Source: an uncultured virus (IMG/VR IMGVR_UViG_3300047576_000059)
Lineage: Duplodnaviria; Heunggongvirae; Uroviricota; Caudoviricetes
Reading direction: 5' to 3' (one strand)
Virus record (IMG/VR): IMGVR_UViG_3300047576_000059
DNA: 64,000 nt
The notes beneath the pieces are model-generated. The model was not told the DNA's origin. It saw only the letters and a program-made list of their open reading frames with translations, and did no database searches. This document shows, in pieces, positions 41,401-53,549 of this stretch. Position numbers and translations under genes: made by a program. The first letter of the stretch is position 1, and each line of letters starts with the position of its first letter.

Positions 41401-44400
41401 CAACCTGCTTCGCGCCCCAGGTGTCAGGAGTCGATGAGACGTAGCCACTGTTGTATCGGGCCGGATCATAATCTGTCCGGAAGTCGATGTCTCGCTCGGA
41501 AATCCCGGCGATCAGACCACTGATCGGATCGATCACGTCGACCACATTTACCAAAGGCGAATGAGCGATGATCTGTTGATTGGTGATGGTCACGTTCTCG
41601 GCGTAGATGCAGGTATCGGATATCGTTGTCGTATCCACTCGTAAGGGTTGATTTCTGATAGCGGTCCATGTATCTCCGTTCCATTGCAGAACCGCCCATT
41701 GACCATTCGAATAGTCATCGATCCATGCCATGTCGCCAATGTTGAACAGATAGGTCACGGCGTTCAGCGCCGCGACGGTCGGGAAACGTACCTCGCGAAG
41801 TATCCGCACGAATGGCGCGAGTGTGGGGGGTCGGCGTGAAATCATAACCCATCGTTCCAGGTACATTCACCTCGACGTAATTCAGCAAGATATTGACCGA
41901 GGTTATCGTGTTCACGCCCTGAAGATCGGCAGTTGACAGGCTGGTGCCATCGACCACCAACAGCGCGCCAATATCGGTTTCCGTCATATCGATGGGCAGT
42001 TGAAAGAAAATCCGACTGACATTGGGATCGATGGTCGAGTCCTCGTTTTCGGTTTCCACCATGAGAATCAGATTTGGTTGAATTTGGCCATCAGTCACGC
42101 CGGTCTCATAACTTTCCAGCACCGTGTAGGTGCCGTCTGCCCGTTCATAAATCCAGGTCAGGGTTCCAGCGAGAAACGCCGTCTCCCCATTTCCGAACAG
42201 CGTGTTGTAAAGGTCGGGGACCGTACTGATGTAAAACTGTGTGTAGGTCGCGTCGGTGAGCCGCACGGGACCGGCGATCGGATAGGACGAGTTGCCATAG
42301 CTGGTGTTCAACGGGAAGAACGCCGCCGAAGCCGGTTTATCGAACCACAGGGAATCGGACAATGGCATGATGATCCAGTCCAGTGGCGCGGACGGAGTGT
42401 TAACGAAACGAACGATTTGTGGATCATCCCTGGTATCGGTCTGGGTGATCTGAAAGGTGATGAACGGATCAATCGGTGCGCCATAGATACCAAGCAGGAA
42501 CGCCCATTCTTCGAGGAACTGAATGTCACTGTCACTCGACGCGACATTGCTCCGCATCAGTTTCTGGAACACGCCCAGCGCGCCCTTTTGCTGAATCATT
42601 CCCTGATAAAATTCAAATTGTTCCGAGTCAGCTATGACAAGATCATTCATGTATGATCTCTCCTGGAACCCGATGTTATGCCGCGCGTACGTCCACAACG
42701 TTTTTTGCGTTGCTTCCTCGATACCAAACATGTATCTCACGTCGTTGGCGGCTTTATCGAAATTCGAATTCAGGATATTGCCGTTGATGTAAAATCCTGG
42801 CGCGTCGAGACGCCCCGCCCATGCTGTGGAGCAATACGCCCAGAGCTTCAGTCGCTCCTGTCGCATGTTGAAAATTGGCAGATAAATGTCATCATCAAAA
42901 ATCGAAACATTGCTGAATACCAGCGCATGCTCGATGGATGCGATCTCAAGCCTGGTACAGAATATATCGCTGTCCATCGCGGTGACGGTGAGTTGACCGT
43001 CCAGCCGGTCGATGATCACGTTCCTTCTGTGGGATCGGGTTTCCGGCGCGATCCAGCAGGCCAAAGAAACCGGTGACGTTGTCCTCGACATTGAGAATCG
43101 TTCCAGTCGCCGTGATGAAGGTCAGGCCCTGTTGTCCTGGCGACATCGCGATGAAATTACCGGGTGCCCATTGCGTCTGCGCCCACACCAGGAATTCCCT
43201 GACCGACAGGGACCAGTCGAGGATCGTGCCGGACGCGTTGGTGTTGTTGAACACCCAGCCACGACTCACCAGCCAGCTTTGCCAGCCCAACAGGAAATTG
43301 GCGACATCCTGATAAGTGGTGAATTGCGTGCCATAAGGCACCTGTTGAACCGTGTTGAGATTTCGTCCATAAGTGATGACACTTGGCGCGCGTATCATCG
43401 AGGTCGATAAATCCGGACGCGCCATCCAGAAGTTATTCTCGAATTGCGGCCCACTGGTGTGACTCTTCGTGCACTGATACACCGAGTTCAGATAACTGGC
43501 CAGGATGCTGGTTGGATAATAAGTGTTCGGTCGCCAGGTCACGATGCTCGGCTCCGCTCGCCGTCGCCAGTGAAATCAGACCTTTGGGCCACGTTCGGGT
43601 CAGGTGGATGATCACCGTGAAATACTGATTTCGCGCGTCATAGCCAATCGCCCGCCAGCCACTACCCGTCCACTCTAGGATGACGCCGCTGTAGGACTGC
43701 TCGACATCACTGCTCAGGCGACGTATACAGCACGACGTTCACGTCTTCTGCTGGCAGCAGACCGAAATTATCCGCCGAGGATTTTGATGTTGTCGGTTGA
43801 TACGAATGTCAGCCATCTGATGGACCAGTCGCACGTCGAGCCCGCGTATCGCCGTTGCCGAATCCCGATCGAAGTGACACCACGGTGGACAACAGATAAT
43901 CAGCCATCCATTGCTGCACGCCGGTCACCACGGCGGTACTGCCACTTGGGCAACGTCTCGCCATGCACGTATTGCTGAACTGTTCAGTGGACGCTGCCAG
44001 CAGTGGGAATCTCAACCCATTGCGTGCCCACGTAGCCGATGTTCAGACTGTCCCAGCACTCTTCCATGAAACGCGCTGGTTTCATCAGGAACGACGCCAA
44101 TGGCCACGGCGTAGCGGTACGATGGCGTGTTGGTCCAGATGATATTCCACCGGACCAAGATCACCCACCTGCCATGGCCGTGCTCGCGACCGAAAGTGGC
44201 AGATGAGATGATTGACCATGCCAATGTTCGCTACGGATCGAGCAGGACGCCCGAGAATGCCATCGACCGGCAGCAGATTGCAGCAAGCCTGGTCGCGCGT
44301 ACAATGGATCGACACCCATTCTGGCGCACGCCCGCCGCGATGATTGCCGGCCTCCAGGTCGGACCACAGCGAATTGCTTGACGGAGGTGTACGGAGCCGC

Positions 44401-47040
44401 TGCCGTAAGCTGCCGACCCACCAGGTCGGCTGACCGGCGAAGCCCAGCATCTCCCATGGTCCGACTGTGCGGCGCATCCGTGCCGTAGTAAAACTGGTAT
44501 AGATACGCGCGCCAGTTGCCCGGCATGACGTGTTGCCCAGGATGTCGAGGACGCCGTTGAAATTCCAGGTGAAGGAATTGCCCGCGTCATAAGCCGACAT
44601 TGCTGCGATAATCTAAGCCATTGTTCTGCGCCCATAACTCAAACATAGGACCCATGATGGCGGTGAACTCGTAGATACGTGTAACCATTGACCGGCGTGC
44701 CGAACGTGCGATTGCCGATCCACTGATAAATATCGAATACCGGTCGCGCCTCAGTCTGAAACTGCGCCGGCAGATTCTCGATAAATCTGCGTCTCCAACG
44801 CCATCATGCACATCATCCCGCCAGTCATTGAACGCGATGGTGTCAGGCTGCCGTCATGGCCCTGAATCATCGGATCAGGCGTCGCGTAGGTCGAATCCAC
44901 CACGATCGCCAGGAACGACCGCCGGCATCATTCGCCAGCGCGGTTGGCGTCGCCGGTATGAAGTACTGGCCACCCCCAACCGGACTCAGCGCGAACGGAA
45001 AACTTAATGTTCTTGTCGCGAGTGATGTTGGCCAGCGCGGCCGTGACCCAGGTACTCAGGAGAGACGGTCGGATCAACCTGACGACAAGCGTTCCGGCGT
45101 TGTCTGATGACGGTCAGACGGCTCTGATGAATTTTGTTCCTAAATCTGTTGTATTCCTGATCCACGAAGCGAATCGCCTGTGGCATGTCAAAACTCTATG
45201 TCGGACGATACCAACATGGCTTTCAACAACGGCGCGCTGATGCTTGCAGGATGGACGTGCCGACACTCAGATCACGCGCGGTATCGCGATAGTTGTTTAC
45301 CCCCAACGTTTGGCCAACGAAACCAGTCTGATTGGCCAGCAGCGACTGAAAATGATCGATCCATGTGCTCTCTGAGATCAGCGTGACATCATCCGACGAT
45401 GGGTTGCCTTGCAGATTGGACGGAATGTTGTAAAATCCATTGGTCACGCTCTGGGTCGTGGTGCCGTCCGCCAGATACCACAGCGCCGAGAAATTCATCA
45501 CCGAGCCGGTCATTTGTTCGGTACCGACGCTCTGCGAGGTATTGATGCCATAGATGCCGACGCCGCCCGACCCGGTCAGGATAGTGGTGCCGGATGGCAC
45601 GCCCGTTCCGCTGATCGTCTGGCCGCTGAGCATGGTGCCTTCTTGCAATCCTGACACGGTGAGCGAGGTGCCGGTGATCGCCCCGGTGAATTCCGCCGTG
45701 GTTTCGGTCGCGTAATTGGCCATGCTGGTGATCGTGTTCAAACCATACTGATAGGTGACGGCGTACGCGTCGTTCTGGAATACCGGATAGCCGTTGGCGT
45801 CAAACGCAATCAGACGATCCCCCAGCAGAGGGTCCGCATACGTTCCAAGTTCATAACCAAAAATTCTGTTGCCCGCGAAATTACTTCCCGGATAGGTCAA
45901 CGGATCGTTCAGGGCGACGTTATCCAAGTCATAAAGCATGAATAATGGATCGGTGCTCTCCTGCCACACGATGCCCGGATACATCACCAGGTCACGGATG
46001 AATTCTATGATTGGCCGCTCGCCTTTGCGCGAGGTGAAATCCAGTCCCGTCCAGGCGAAGCTACTGACATGAACCCATGAATTATGATTGGACCAACCGT
46101 TCTCCTGGGTGGATGATCGATCAATCGTCACATACTGCGCTTCCAGTCCGCGCACGATGTCGGTATCCAATGTCAGTCTGATGCTCTGACCGACGCCGTC
46201 CACCATCAGCACGTTGGTGCCGCTGTAATCCCACAGGTTGTAATCCCACGGCTGCGCATCCCAGCCACCGATCAGGAACGTCGGATCGATGATTTGAATT
46301 CGCATGCTCGATGTCAGAAACTCGACACCTTCGGAATTGATGTCGGAAATATTGACCGTGGTCTGACCGTTGATGACCGATACCAGATCGGGCGTGCGAC
46401 AAACCAACACCGTGGTGCCATTCGCTGGCGCGGTGGCGCAAATCATGTTGGAGCCAGATACGCTGGCGGAGACCAGGATGTTGTTGACGAAAACCGTTGG
46501 ATTTTCATTCGCCGATGGCACTGAAAGCATGGTGACCGGCAACGCGAAACTCGTGGTCGTGCCATCGCCCGTGTAGTTACTCATTGGCACCGTGAGCACC
46601 AAGGTTGGCAGATCAGCCGACCCTGAATCATCCCCGAACCAGTAATAGTCAGTGTAATTGACGATCATGTCGATGTTGATCGGGGGAGCCCAACTATAGT
46701 ATTCGGTCTCGAACAGACGTTGATGATTGGTGACATTCGCGCCCGATGTCATCAGATAGTTGATCAGATCGGGATAGGTCAGCGTATTGGTGATCACCGA
46801 CGCGGCGTTCGTGCTGATCATTCCGGCTTCGAGTTGATAGAACGCGCGGCTCGCGGTCGGCTCGCCAATGTAGAAATCCGTGATGGGATTGTAGAATGGT
46901 GGCACCCGTCCAATATAGCCACTGATCTGGAGTGTCTCACCGGGTTGAAACACCTCGTCGATGGTCGACGAGAAAAAATTGGCCAAATCCGTGGTTTGAT
47001 TGAACAAAGGAAGTAGGGATACAAAGCGAAATTTCGCCAT
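35431..47040 (-). CDS. Giant baseplate/virion structural protein (about 3,900 aa, possibly more than one gene) fragmented by many apparent indels
   Basis: Starts MAKFRFVSLLP...GYIGR after TAAATA (47069-47074). Colinear fragments at 45223-47040, 42946-43542, 41715-43091, 36590-41866, 35961-36458 and 35431-35880 carry YYSWAP, FYQGMIQQKG, VDIYEW, KPYHVKIRE, GERIEY...LRRGT motifs and WDxxPWD repeats. Confidence 0.7.
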
Positions 47041-47129
47041 GAGGAGACCATTCTGTTGATTATGGTAGTATTTAGGTCGCTATAATATCCCAAGTTATCG
47101 ACAAGGTCGTGAGTTCACTCATAAATATT

Positions 47130-47535
47130 ATGATGGACGACACACCCGCGAAAATGTTGATACATCAGGCATATTCATTGCCTGCGATACTGGCATTGCT
47201 CGTGCGCGACGATCACACCGTGGAAATCCGCTCGTTCTATATTCAGGATCGCGGCCAGGGCGGTGGGTCCAAGGTCTCTGCGCGCCATCACCGATCTGGC
47301 GGATGACCTGGACGTGACCCTGGAAGTTTGTCCACTCTCAGCGGTCGAACATGGTTGGTGGAATAACGAGGAGGATGTCTCCGACTCGCTCAATCAGAAT
47401 GATCTCGTGGCGTGGTACATTCGCAATGGCTTTCTGCACGTCCCACATCATGATCGGTGGAGCGTGCAGAAATATGATGACTACATGGTCAGACGACCAC
47501 GATCAGATCAATCGGTCGCTCCACGAGCGTCATGA
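47130..47535 (+). CDS. GNAT-family acetyltransferase (frameshift near 47277)
   Basis: TAAATA at 47122-47127; RGQGGGS (acetyl-CoA motif A) in one frame continues as LRAITDLAD...LVAWYIRNGF...MVRRP in another. Confidence 0.65.
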
Positions 47536-47804
47536 TTGCGTAACAACTCTGGAAGCTCCATTGAATCGGTGGATACCTTGCGGGTGGGCGTTTTGGCGGC
47601 ATGATAGCCAGCGACAACGCCACGCAAGAAGATGCTGGCGACCTCGGGTAGCTTCGGACTTCAATAGGTGTCGTACAAAATCGGCTTTCCCGCCGCGATG
47701 GATAGTTCGAGCACTACCTCTGAGAAATCGTTGATGATCGCATAGCCCGTCTTGGTACTGACCATGTGTAACTGGCGAGCCTCGCCGCGAGTGATCTCTG
47801 GCAT
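47508..47804 (-). pseudogene. 98-codon hypothetical ORF with an internal TGA at 47661-47663
   Basis: GAGGA SD; MPEITRG...YDTY*SPKLPEVASIFLRG... stays open and protein-like after the stop. Confidence 0.4.
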
Positions 47805-47860
47805 TGTCTTATCCTCTTGACCATGGATGATGATACACGACGGTTAAATTTCGTGCAATC

Positions 47861-48610
47861 TCATGCGGCTCGTCCCCATGAACGGTCGATTTCCGCCTGT
47901 CGCTCCACCTTGGCCGAACGTACCTGATTTTTGTCGAACACCACGATGGTCTCCGGCGCGAAGCGATTGCCAAACAACCCACCACCCTTGTCAGCTTTCA
48001 TCCACAATCCATCATGCCCGTGCGCCTTGAGTACCTCGGTGGCCCGTTGGCGAGCGATGGCGGCGACCTTGTTGAGATAGCGAGTGCATTGAAAATTGAG
48101 TTTTTGCGAGGCGATGTCATAATGTTCTGCTGATGCGAATGGTCTGGCGCTTGTTGGGTTTGGTTCACGCTTGCTGATGTAGGAGCGATCCATCAATTTC
48201 TCATAGGCTTGCGCCAGGCGATGATCGGCATCCTTCACTTTCCGAGCGAACTCTTGATAGCTCGCGTCCCGAGAGAGGAACGCATGAAGATCGTCACGAT
48301 CATTCACGTAGAGAGGTTTCTGAATGGACAGGAAGAAGGGCATTTGCGCCTTCTTGGCGTCCCTGCCGCCAACCCCGATATCCTCGGTCGTCCTCTTGAA
48401 GAATATGCCATTCGGCATCTGCTCATCGGAAGCTCGCGCGCCCAGTCGCTCGATGTCGAAGCCATTGGCTTCGATGGATTCGACGTTATCGACGCTGGTT
48501 TGATGATACACGATGATCGGTATGCCTGCGGCGTTGACGACCTTGCTGTTACCAAACCATGATTTAAACTCAGGGTCTTCGATGCCCTCGATGATTTGAT
48601 GATACCGCAT
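47861..48610 (-). CDS. ADP-ribosyltransferase (ART-PolyVal-like) with leader MRYHQIIE
   Basis: FKSWFGNSKVV...G.P.IVYH.T, GIFF, FLSIQKPL, GHDG...ETIVVFDKNQVRS. Confidence 0.78.
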   Translation of the reverse strand: MRYHQIIEGIEDPEFKSWFGNSKVVNAAGIPIIVYHQTSVDNVESIEANGFDIERLGARASDEQMPNGIFFKRTTEDIGVGGRDAKKAQMPFFLSIQKPLYVNDRDDLHAFLSRDASYQEFARKVKDADHRLAQAYEKLMDRSYISKREPNPTSARPFASAEHYDIASQKLNFQCTRYLNKVAAIARQRATEVLKAHGHDGLWMKADKGGGLFGNRFAPETIVVFDKNQVRSAKVERQAEIDRSWGRAA

Positions 48611-48614
48611 CGAC

Positions 48615-48627
48615 TATTTAATAAATA
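48615..48627. promoter_or_regulatory. Back-to-back divergent late promoters TATTTA-A-TAAATA
   Basis: 13-bp palindrome between divergent genes starting at 48610 (-) and 48647 (+). Confidence 0.65.
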
Positions 48628-48646
48628 TCCCATTGGGGGAATTACC

Positions 48647-49444
48647 GTGCGGAACTTTATAGACATCGTGAGTGGACATCTGTTCGAGGCCAGGAAAAAA
48701 TCTCCCGAGGACAAAGGTAGCAAAACCGACACGAAAACCAAACCCACGTACGATCTCTTCCCCGATCTGGAAGCCGGTAGCAAAGGCGTGGCGAAGGCCG
48801 ATGGCCCTGCGGGTGCGCCCGCGTTGCCGGGGAAGAAAACGACCCGTAAGGTGCCTCGGACGGCTGGCGTTGACATGAACGATCCAGGAATGGCCGCTGC
48901 CATGCACGGGATACTGAACCATGGTATGGAAGACGAAATCAGCGATGAGGAAGCCAGGGCGAACAGCAACTGGGGCGACGACGTGGGCGAGCATCCGATC
49001 ATTCCAACCAACGAAAATCTACCAGCGATCATCAGCCGCGAGATTTCTCTTGACGGTGGACGCATCATTCCGGAATGGACTCAGGTGAAGGATTTGCCTG
49101 GCTACATGCTGAACGCCATTCGCGCTGTGGGTCGCGCCCTATTTCGCGAGTACACCAATACCAGGATCGAGGATATTCAGATGCTCGCCACGGTCCCTGG
49201 CATGAATTCGGAGACCGAGGTCAAGGCGATGATGGCGTGGGTCATGAAGAATGGCGTGCCTGGGCAGAAAGCCAAGATAACATTGTATGGTAAGGAGATC
49301 GAGGTCAGTCCGTGGAAGACCGACGATTTCTCGTTTCTTCTGGGTCATGATGACATGGGGTACTATGTCTACGCTTGGGTGCAGAAAAATGGCATAAGAG
49401 TTGGTGGCAACGATGATCACAAGCGGTTAGCATCACCGGAATGA
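48647..49444 (+). CDS. Hypothetical late protein with leader MRNFIDIVSGHLFE
   Basis: GTG start after a GGGGGA SD; PEWTQVKDLPGYM..AIRA.GR..F motif. Confidence 0.7.
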   Translation: MRNFIDIVSGHLFEARKKSPEDKGSKTDTKTKPTYDLFPDLEAGSKGVAKADGPAGAPALPGKKTTRKVPRTAGVDMNDPGMAAAMHGILNHGMEDEISDEEARANSNWGDDVGEHPIIPTNENLPAIISREISLDGGRIIPEWTQVKDLPGYMLNAIRAVGRALFREYTNTRIEDIQMLATVPGMNSETEVKAMMAWVMKNGVPGQKAKITLYGKEIEVSPWKTDDFSFLLGHDDMGYYVYAWVQKNGIRVGGNDDHKRLASPE

Positions 49445-51877
49445 GCATGCGTCGTCATATGATGCTGGTTGAGGCGTTGCGTCTTCAGACCGCTCATCCT
49501 CGAAAACCGCATGGAATTCCTGACGAAGACCTTCTTGCCCAAGCTCGAAGCGATGATTCATGAACCACACAGGGATCATTTGATCCGGCTTCCTGATATG
49601 ATCGCGCAACACATTCCCGCTTTTCGCGCATTTCACGATCTGTGGATAGCGCAACTCAGCAGGCCATTATATGCTCAGCCCACCAACGTGGAAAATCCAA
49701 AGGCCACCGGACCCAACGCCAAATTCAAGGCGCTGCTGCAACAGGTCGCCACCGAGTTTCTGACCTACATCGTCCAACTTGATCCCGATCCCCTGAAAAA
49801 GAACGTGCAGTGGCTGCTCACGTTGATCACACGTAAGCAACAGCCAATGCCGGTCGAAGACCTCATCTACGCAGGGGAATCGCTCACCAAATTCATGCAG
49901 ATGAAAAAAGAGCGACTAATCCCCAAAGAGAAATCCGACATCAACAAGTACAAGTCCCTGTCCGATCTGAACCATGCCCTGCGTGGCGAACAGGATAATC
50001 GACAGGCCGTGGCGACGACCAAAGACGCGGAGATGCGCGCCCAGTCCAACATCATCTATGATGGGCCGGATTACAGCGTCATCTCACCGCAGACCAAGGC
50101 GGCGGCGGGGTATTTTGGTCGGAACACCGAATGGTGCACCGCCTGGGGCTGTCCGGAAGGTCGTCATCCCACCAGAGGCGACAATTATTTCGACCAATAC
50201 AATAAGCAAGGACCGTTGTACATCATCACCGACAAATCCACTGGCGAGCTTTGGCAATTCAGTTTCGCCAGTGGTCAGTTCATGGATGTCGATGATCGAT
50301 CAGTCAACTTGGATGCGTTTTTCAAGCAACACCCGAAGGTCGAACAAGTATTCGAGAACATGGATGGTGAGCCGATAGCCACGATCTCGATGGGCGACGA
50401 TACTCGGGTGTCGGTGCCTGTCTATGCTCTCGGCAAAGGTTTCGTGATTAAAAGCAAAAAAGGACCAAGAGGTGCCATATTGCTGCAAGCGAATGTCGCG
50501 CCTGATGGCAGCCTGATGTCGGACATGACCGGATTCTGGATTCTCAATGCACAGCCGGGCCAGCCGAAAGAAATCGCCAGCCTCATGAACAAGCTTCATA
50601 TCACGGGCGACGAAGACGGAGTGGCGCAACTGGGTCTCTACTATCGCGATGGCAAATGGGGCACGCTGAGCGAGGTCGCCAAGCCATTCCTGCGAGTGGG
50701 TTATCTGGAATGGCGACAGGTGAATACCAAGCAAGGCCGTGAATTGGTGCTGGGCGTTTCACATGATGATATGCTACGCGATGTTGCCGATGATTTCGGT
50801 GAAGGACTACTGACCGGCACGCTGTTCGATGGTGCCATGGGTCTCTATCCCACCGATGCTCTCTCGTCTTACGAGAACAAAGAAGAAAACCGCACTTTTC
50901 GCAGTCGCGTGGACGAGCTTGGAGCATCATTGAGCCGTGCTGTGGCCGATATGTTGTTGAAGGAACCAGACGCGAAGAAATGGGACGATGACTCAAAGAT
51001 CAAATCATCCTCGCTGACCGATGAAGACGCCAAGCGACTGATCCTCGTCAAACCGGGATTTGGTGATCTGGTGTCAGCATACAAAATCCACGGTAACACC
51101 AAAATCGTGAAATCCATGGTCGAGGATTGGTGCGAGGGCATGGACCTGAGCATTGGCAAAGGTATGAACAAGGAGCGGGCACCTTGGATTGGTGATGATC
51201 TGATCATCGAGTGGTTTAAAGATGCTCAGGAACTCGTGGAAGAACTCGGCAATGATACCGCGAAATGGGTCAACAAACTGGTCAATGGGGAAGATAATAT
51301 TGAACATTATGACGTGACCGCCGACCATCATCAGGTCAGCGATTTGGTTGATTCATTGGAACCTGACGTGCTGACCCGACTTGGAGAATTTCTCCAGGCG
51401 GAGCACCCCGACGAAGCGGAAGAGATCGAGGATTACGATCCATCGGATGCTGGTTCGATTATGGATTTGTTCAGAGACACGAATGACAATGATCTGCAAC
51501 AGGCGGCGAATTGGGCGGTGCAGGACGGACTACAAATCGGCGCGGAGAACGAAGCATCGGAAATTTACGCGAAAACTCTGGAAAATAATGACTACGTAGT
51601 GTTCCTCGACGATAAGGGCCAGCCAGCGAACAAGATGACATACGATTCGCCTTGCTGTTTTGTCGTCCCGCTGAAGAAATTCATCGAATATGTCAAATCC
51701 GAAGGCGAGGAACAGGCGGCATACAATCTCAGCGATGGCTGGACCGAAGTATTCGATGATGCGAAAATCGACATCGATCAAGGCCGCTATGGCTTCGATG
51801 GCTATGACGATGATGCGGCGCAGGAAAGGTTCAATGACTCAGTGCATGAGTTCTTACCAGAAGACGCGACGGCATGA
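49441..51877 (+). CDS. Large WCT-motif phage protein, paralog A (apparent indel near 49485 joins the leader MSMRRHMMLVE)
   Basis: DPDP.KK..QWL, EDL, DINKYKSL, YFG.NTEWCT, GPLYII, QFMD, acidic C-terminus; ATGA overlap with the upstream gene at 49441. Confidence 0.75.
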
Positions 51878-53484
51878 CGACACGATCTTTACGTCGCTGG
51901 ATGCTGTTGTGCGAAATCGCCCAGCTTCTCGAATCACGGCTTGACGCGCTCAAAACAAAATACCTGCCGCAGTTGGTGCAGGCACTGAAATGGCTCAAGG
52001 TCCGGAATCTTCCACCAGGAATACCAGACGGCGTGCTGCATTCTGGCGTGGATGACGGGGAGGCATCACCGCTTCATTTCGTCGGTGACACGGCCCAGGA
52101 GCAAACCGCGTCGGCCATCTTCGACATGATCGCCCAGGCTGATCCCGATCCGCAAAAGAAATACACCCAATGGCTGCTCACGCTGACCCTCAAGGGTCAG
52201 ATGCCGCTTGAGGATTTGTACAAGGCGACCGAGTATCTGACCACGTTCATGCGACTAAAGGCTGCCATTCCGGTCGAGCAACGGAATATCATGGCCTACA
52301 AATCGTTGCAAGACCTGTTTGATGTCGTCAAACTCGCGATGGACGATCCAAGCCTGTTACCGGTCTCCAAGGGCGCGGGGAAACGCGACATCAAAGCCGA
52401 GATGATGAAACAGGCCCGCGTCGTGATGGACACACCAGAGTATCTGATCGTGGTGCCGCTCACCCAGGAAGCTTCCTGTTATTTTGGTGTCAACACGCAA
52501 TGGTGCACCGCTTCGACCACGTCCTCCAACTATTTTGATTCATACAACAAAGATGGTCCAATCTACATCATCCTGGAGAAGAAAACCAACACACGTTGGC
52601 AATTTCATTTCAGTAGCGCCCAGTTCATGGACGAGAACGACCGTTCGATAGATGTGACGGATTTCGCCAACAGTCATCCACAAGTCGCGATGGTGCTGGC
52701 CGAGGAAATCGTCAAGGAAAACCCAGACCAATTTTCGAAGCTGGGCGAGGACAAGTTCATCGTGAAAAAATGGACGGACGTGGACGATTGCATCGACGAC
52801 ATCGGTACCACGGATGGCAAGAGCTTTTACAAGTTCTATATCAAGGATGATAACTGGGTATACAGCGCCGATTTCTTTCCGAATTACGATGACGATAACG
52901 CGCGAGACCTGATGGCTTCACTGGAACCGGAATTGCTGACCAAACTGGGTCAATGGTTTTATGACATCCAAAAAAATCACATTGACATCACGGAGATTGT
53001 TGAGAACTACGATCCATCGAGCATCGACGACATCATTGATCTGGACAATGAGGTGGAGGATGAAGATTTCCGTCATGTCGTGCAATCGGCCATCGCGTCG
53101 GGCCTGGAAGCGGGCGCTCAGAACGCGGCTTACAAGGTCTTCGAGACCGCGATGGAACGAAGTGACTATCTGATGTTCAAGACCGAGAAAACACCGGACC
53201 TCCCCGCCATGGCGAGACCCGGCAGATATCAGCACCTCGCGAGTGACACGGAACAATGGACGGGAGAATTCCAGTTTGATACCGAGATCGCGTTCGTCAT
53301 CACCAAGGAGCAACTGGCGCACAGTCTGGATGGCTTCCTGGATAGTGACATCTCGAACATAGCGGAGAGTCTGAACGCGCAGATCGACATGCAGGAACCG
53401 CGTTATGGTTTCGATGAATGGGATCAGGGCGTCTCCAAGGAACGGTTCGCTGATGATATCAGTGAACTCATCGAAAAAGGTTAG
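51874..53484 (+). CDS. WCT-motif phage protein, paralog B, leader MTTRSLRRWMLLCE
   Basis: Same motifs as paralog A but lacks a long central insert. Confidence 0.8.
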   Translation: MTTRSLRRWMLLCEIAQLLESRLDALKTKYLPQLVQALKWLKVRNLPPGIPDGVLHSGVDDGEASPLHFVGDTAQEQTASAIFDMIAQADPDPQKKYTQWLLTLTLKGQMPLEDLYKATEYLTTFMRLKAAIPVEQRNIMAYKSLQDLFDVVKLAMDDPSLLPVSKGAGKRDIKAEMMKQARVVMDTPEYLIVVPLTQEASCYFGVNTQWCTASTTSSNYFDSYNKDGPIYIILEKKTNTRWQFHFSSAQFMDENDRSIDVTDFANSHPQVAMVLAEEIVKENPDQFSKLGEDKFIVKKWTDVDDCIDDIGTTDGKSFYKFYIKDDNWVYSADFFPNYDDDNARDLMASLEPELLTKLGQWFYDIQKNHIDITEIVENYDPSSIDDIIDLDNEVEDEDFRHVVQSAIASGLEAGAQNAAYKVFETAMERSDYLMFKTEKTPDLPAMARPGRYQHLASDTEQWTGEFQFDTEIAFVITKEQLAHSLDGFLDSDISNIAESLNAQIDMQEPRYGFDEWDQGVSKERFADDISELIEKG

Positions 53485-53514
53485 TTCGGTAAGTCATTGA
53501 TTTGACTCTTTATA

Positions 53515-53543
53515 TTGATCTCCGAACGTAACATGTGCTATTT
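53515..53543 (+). promoter_or_regulatory. Candidate sigma70-type promoter for the ncRNA
   Basis: TTGATC-N17-CTATTT just upstream of the structured region. Confidence 0.35.
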
Positions 53544-53549
53544 ATCGTG

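Noticed and set aside
35431..47040. Programmed frameshifting, introns or alternative genetic code explaining the fragmented giant gene
   Set aside because: The breaks are irregular indels, several in homopolymers, and are clustered; TGA, TAA and TAG all act as normal stops elsewhere in the window
53539..53544. Minus-strand TAAATA as a late promoter
   Set aside because: No minus-strand gene lies downstream; it coincides with the -10 element of the proposed + strand promoter
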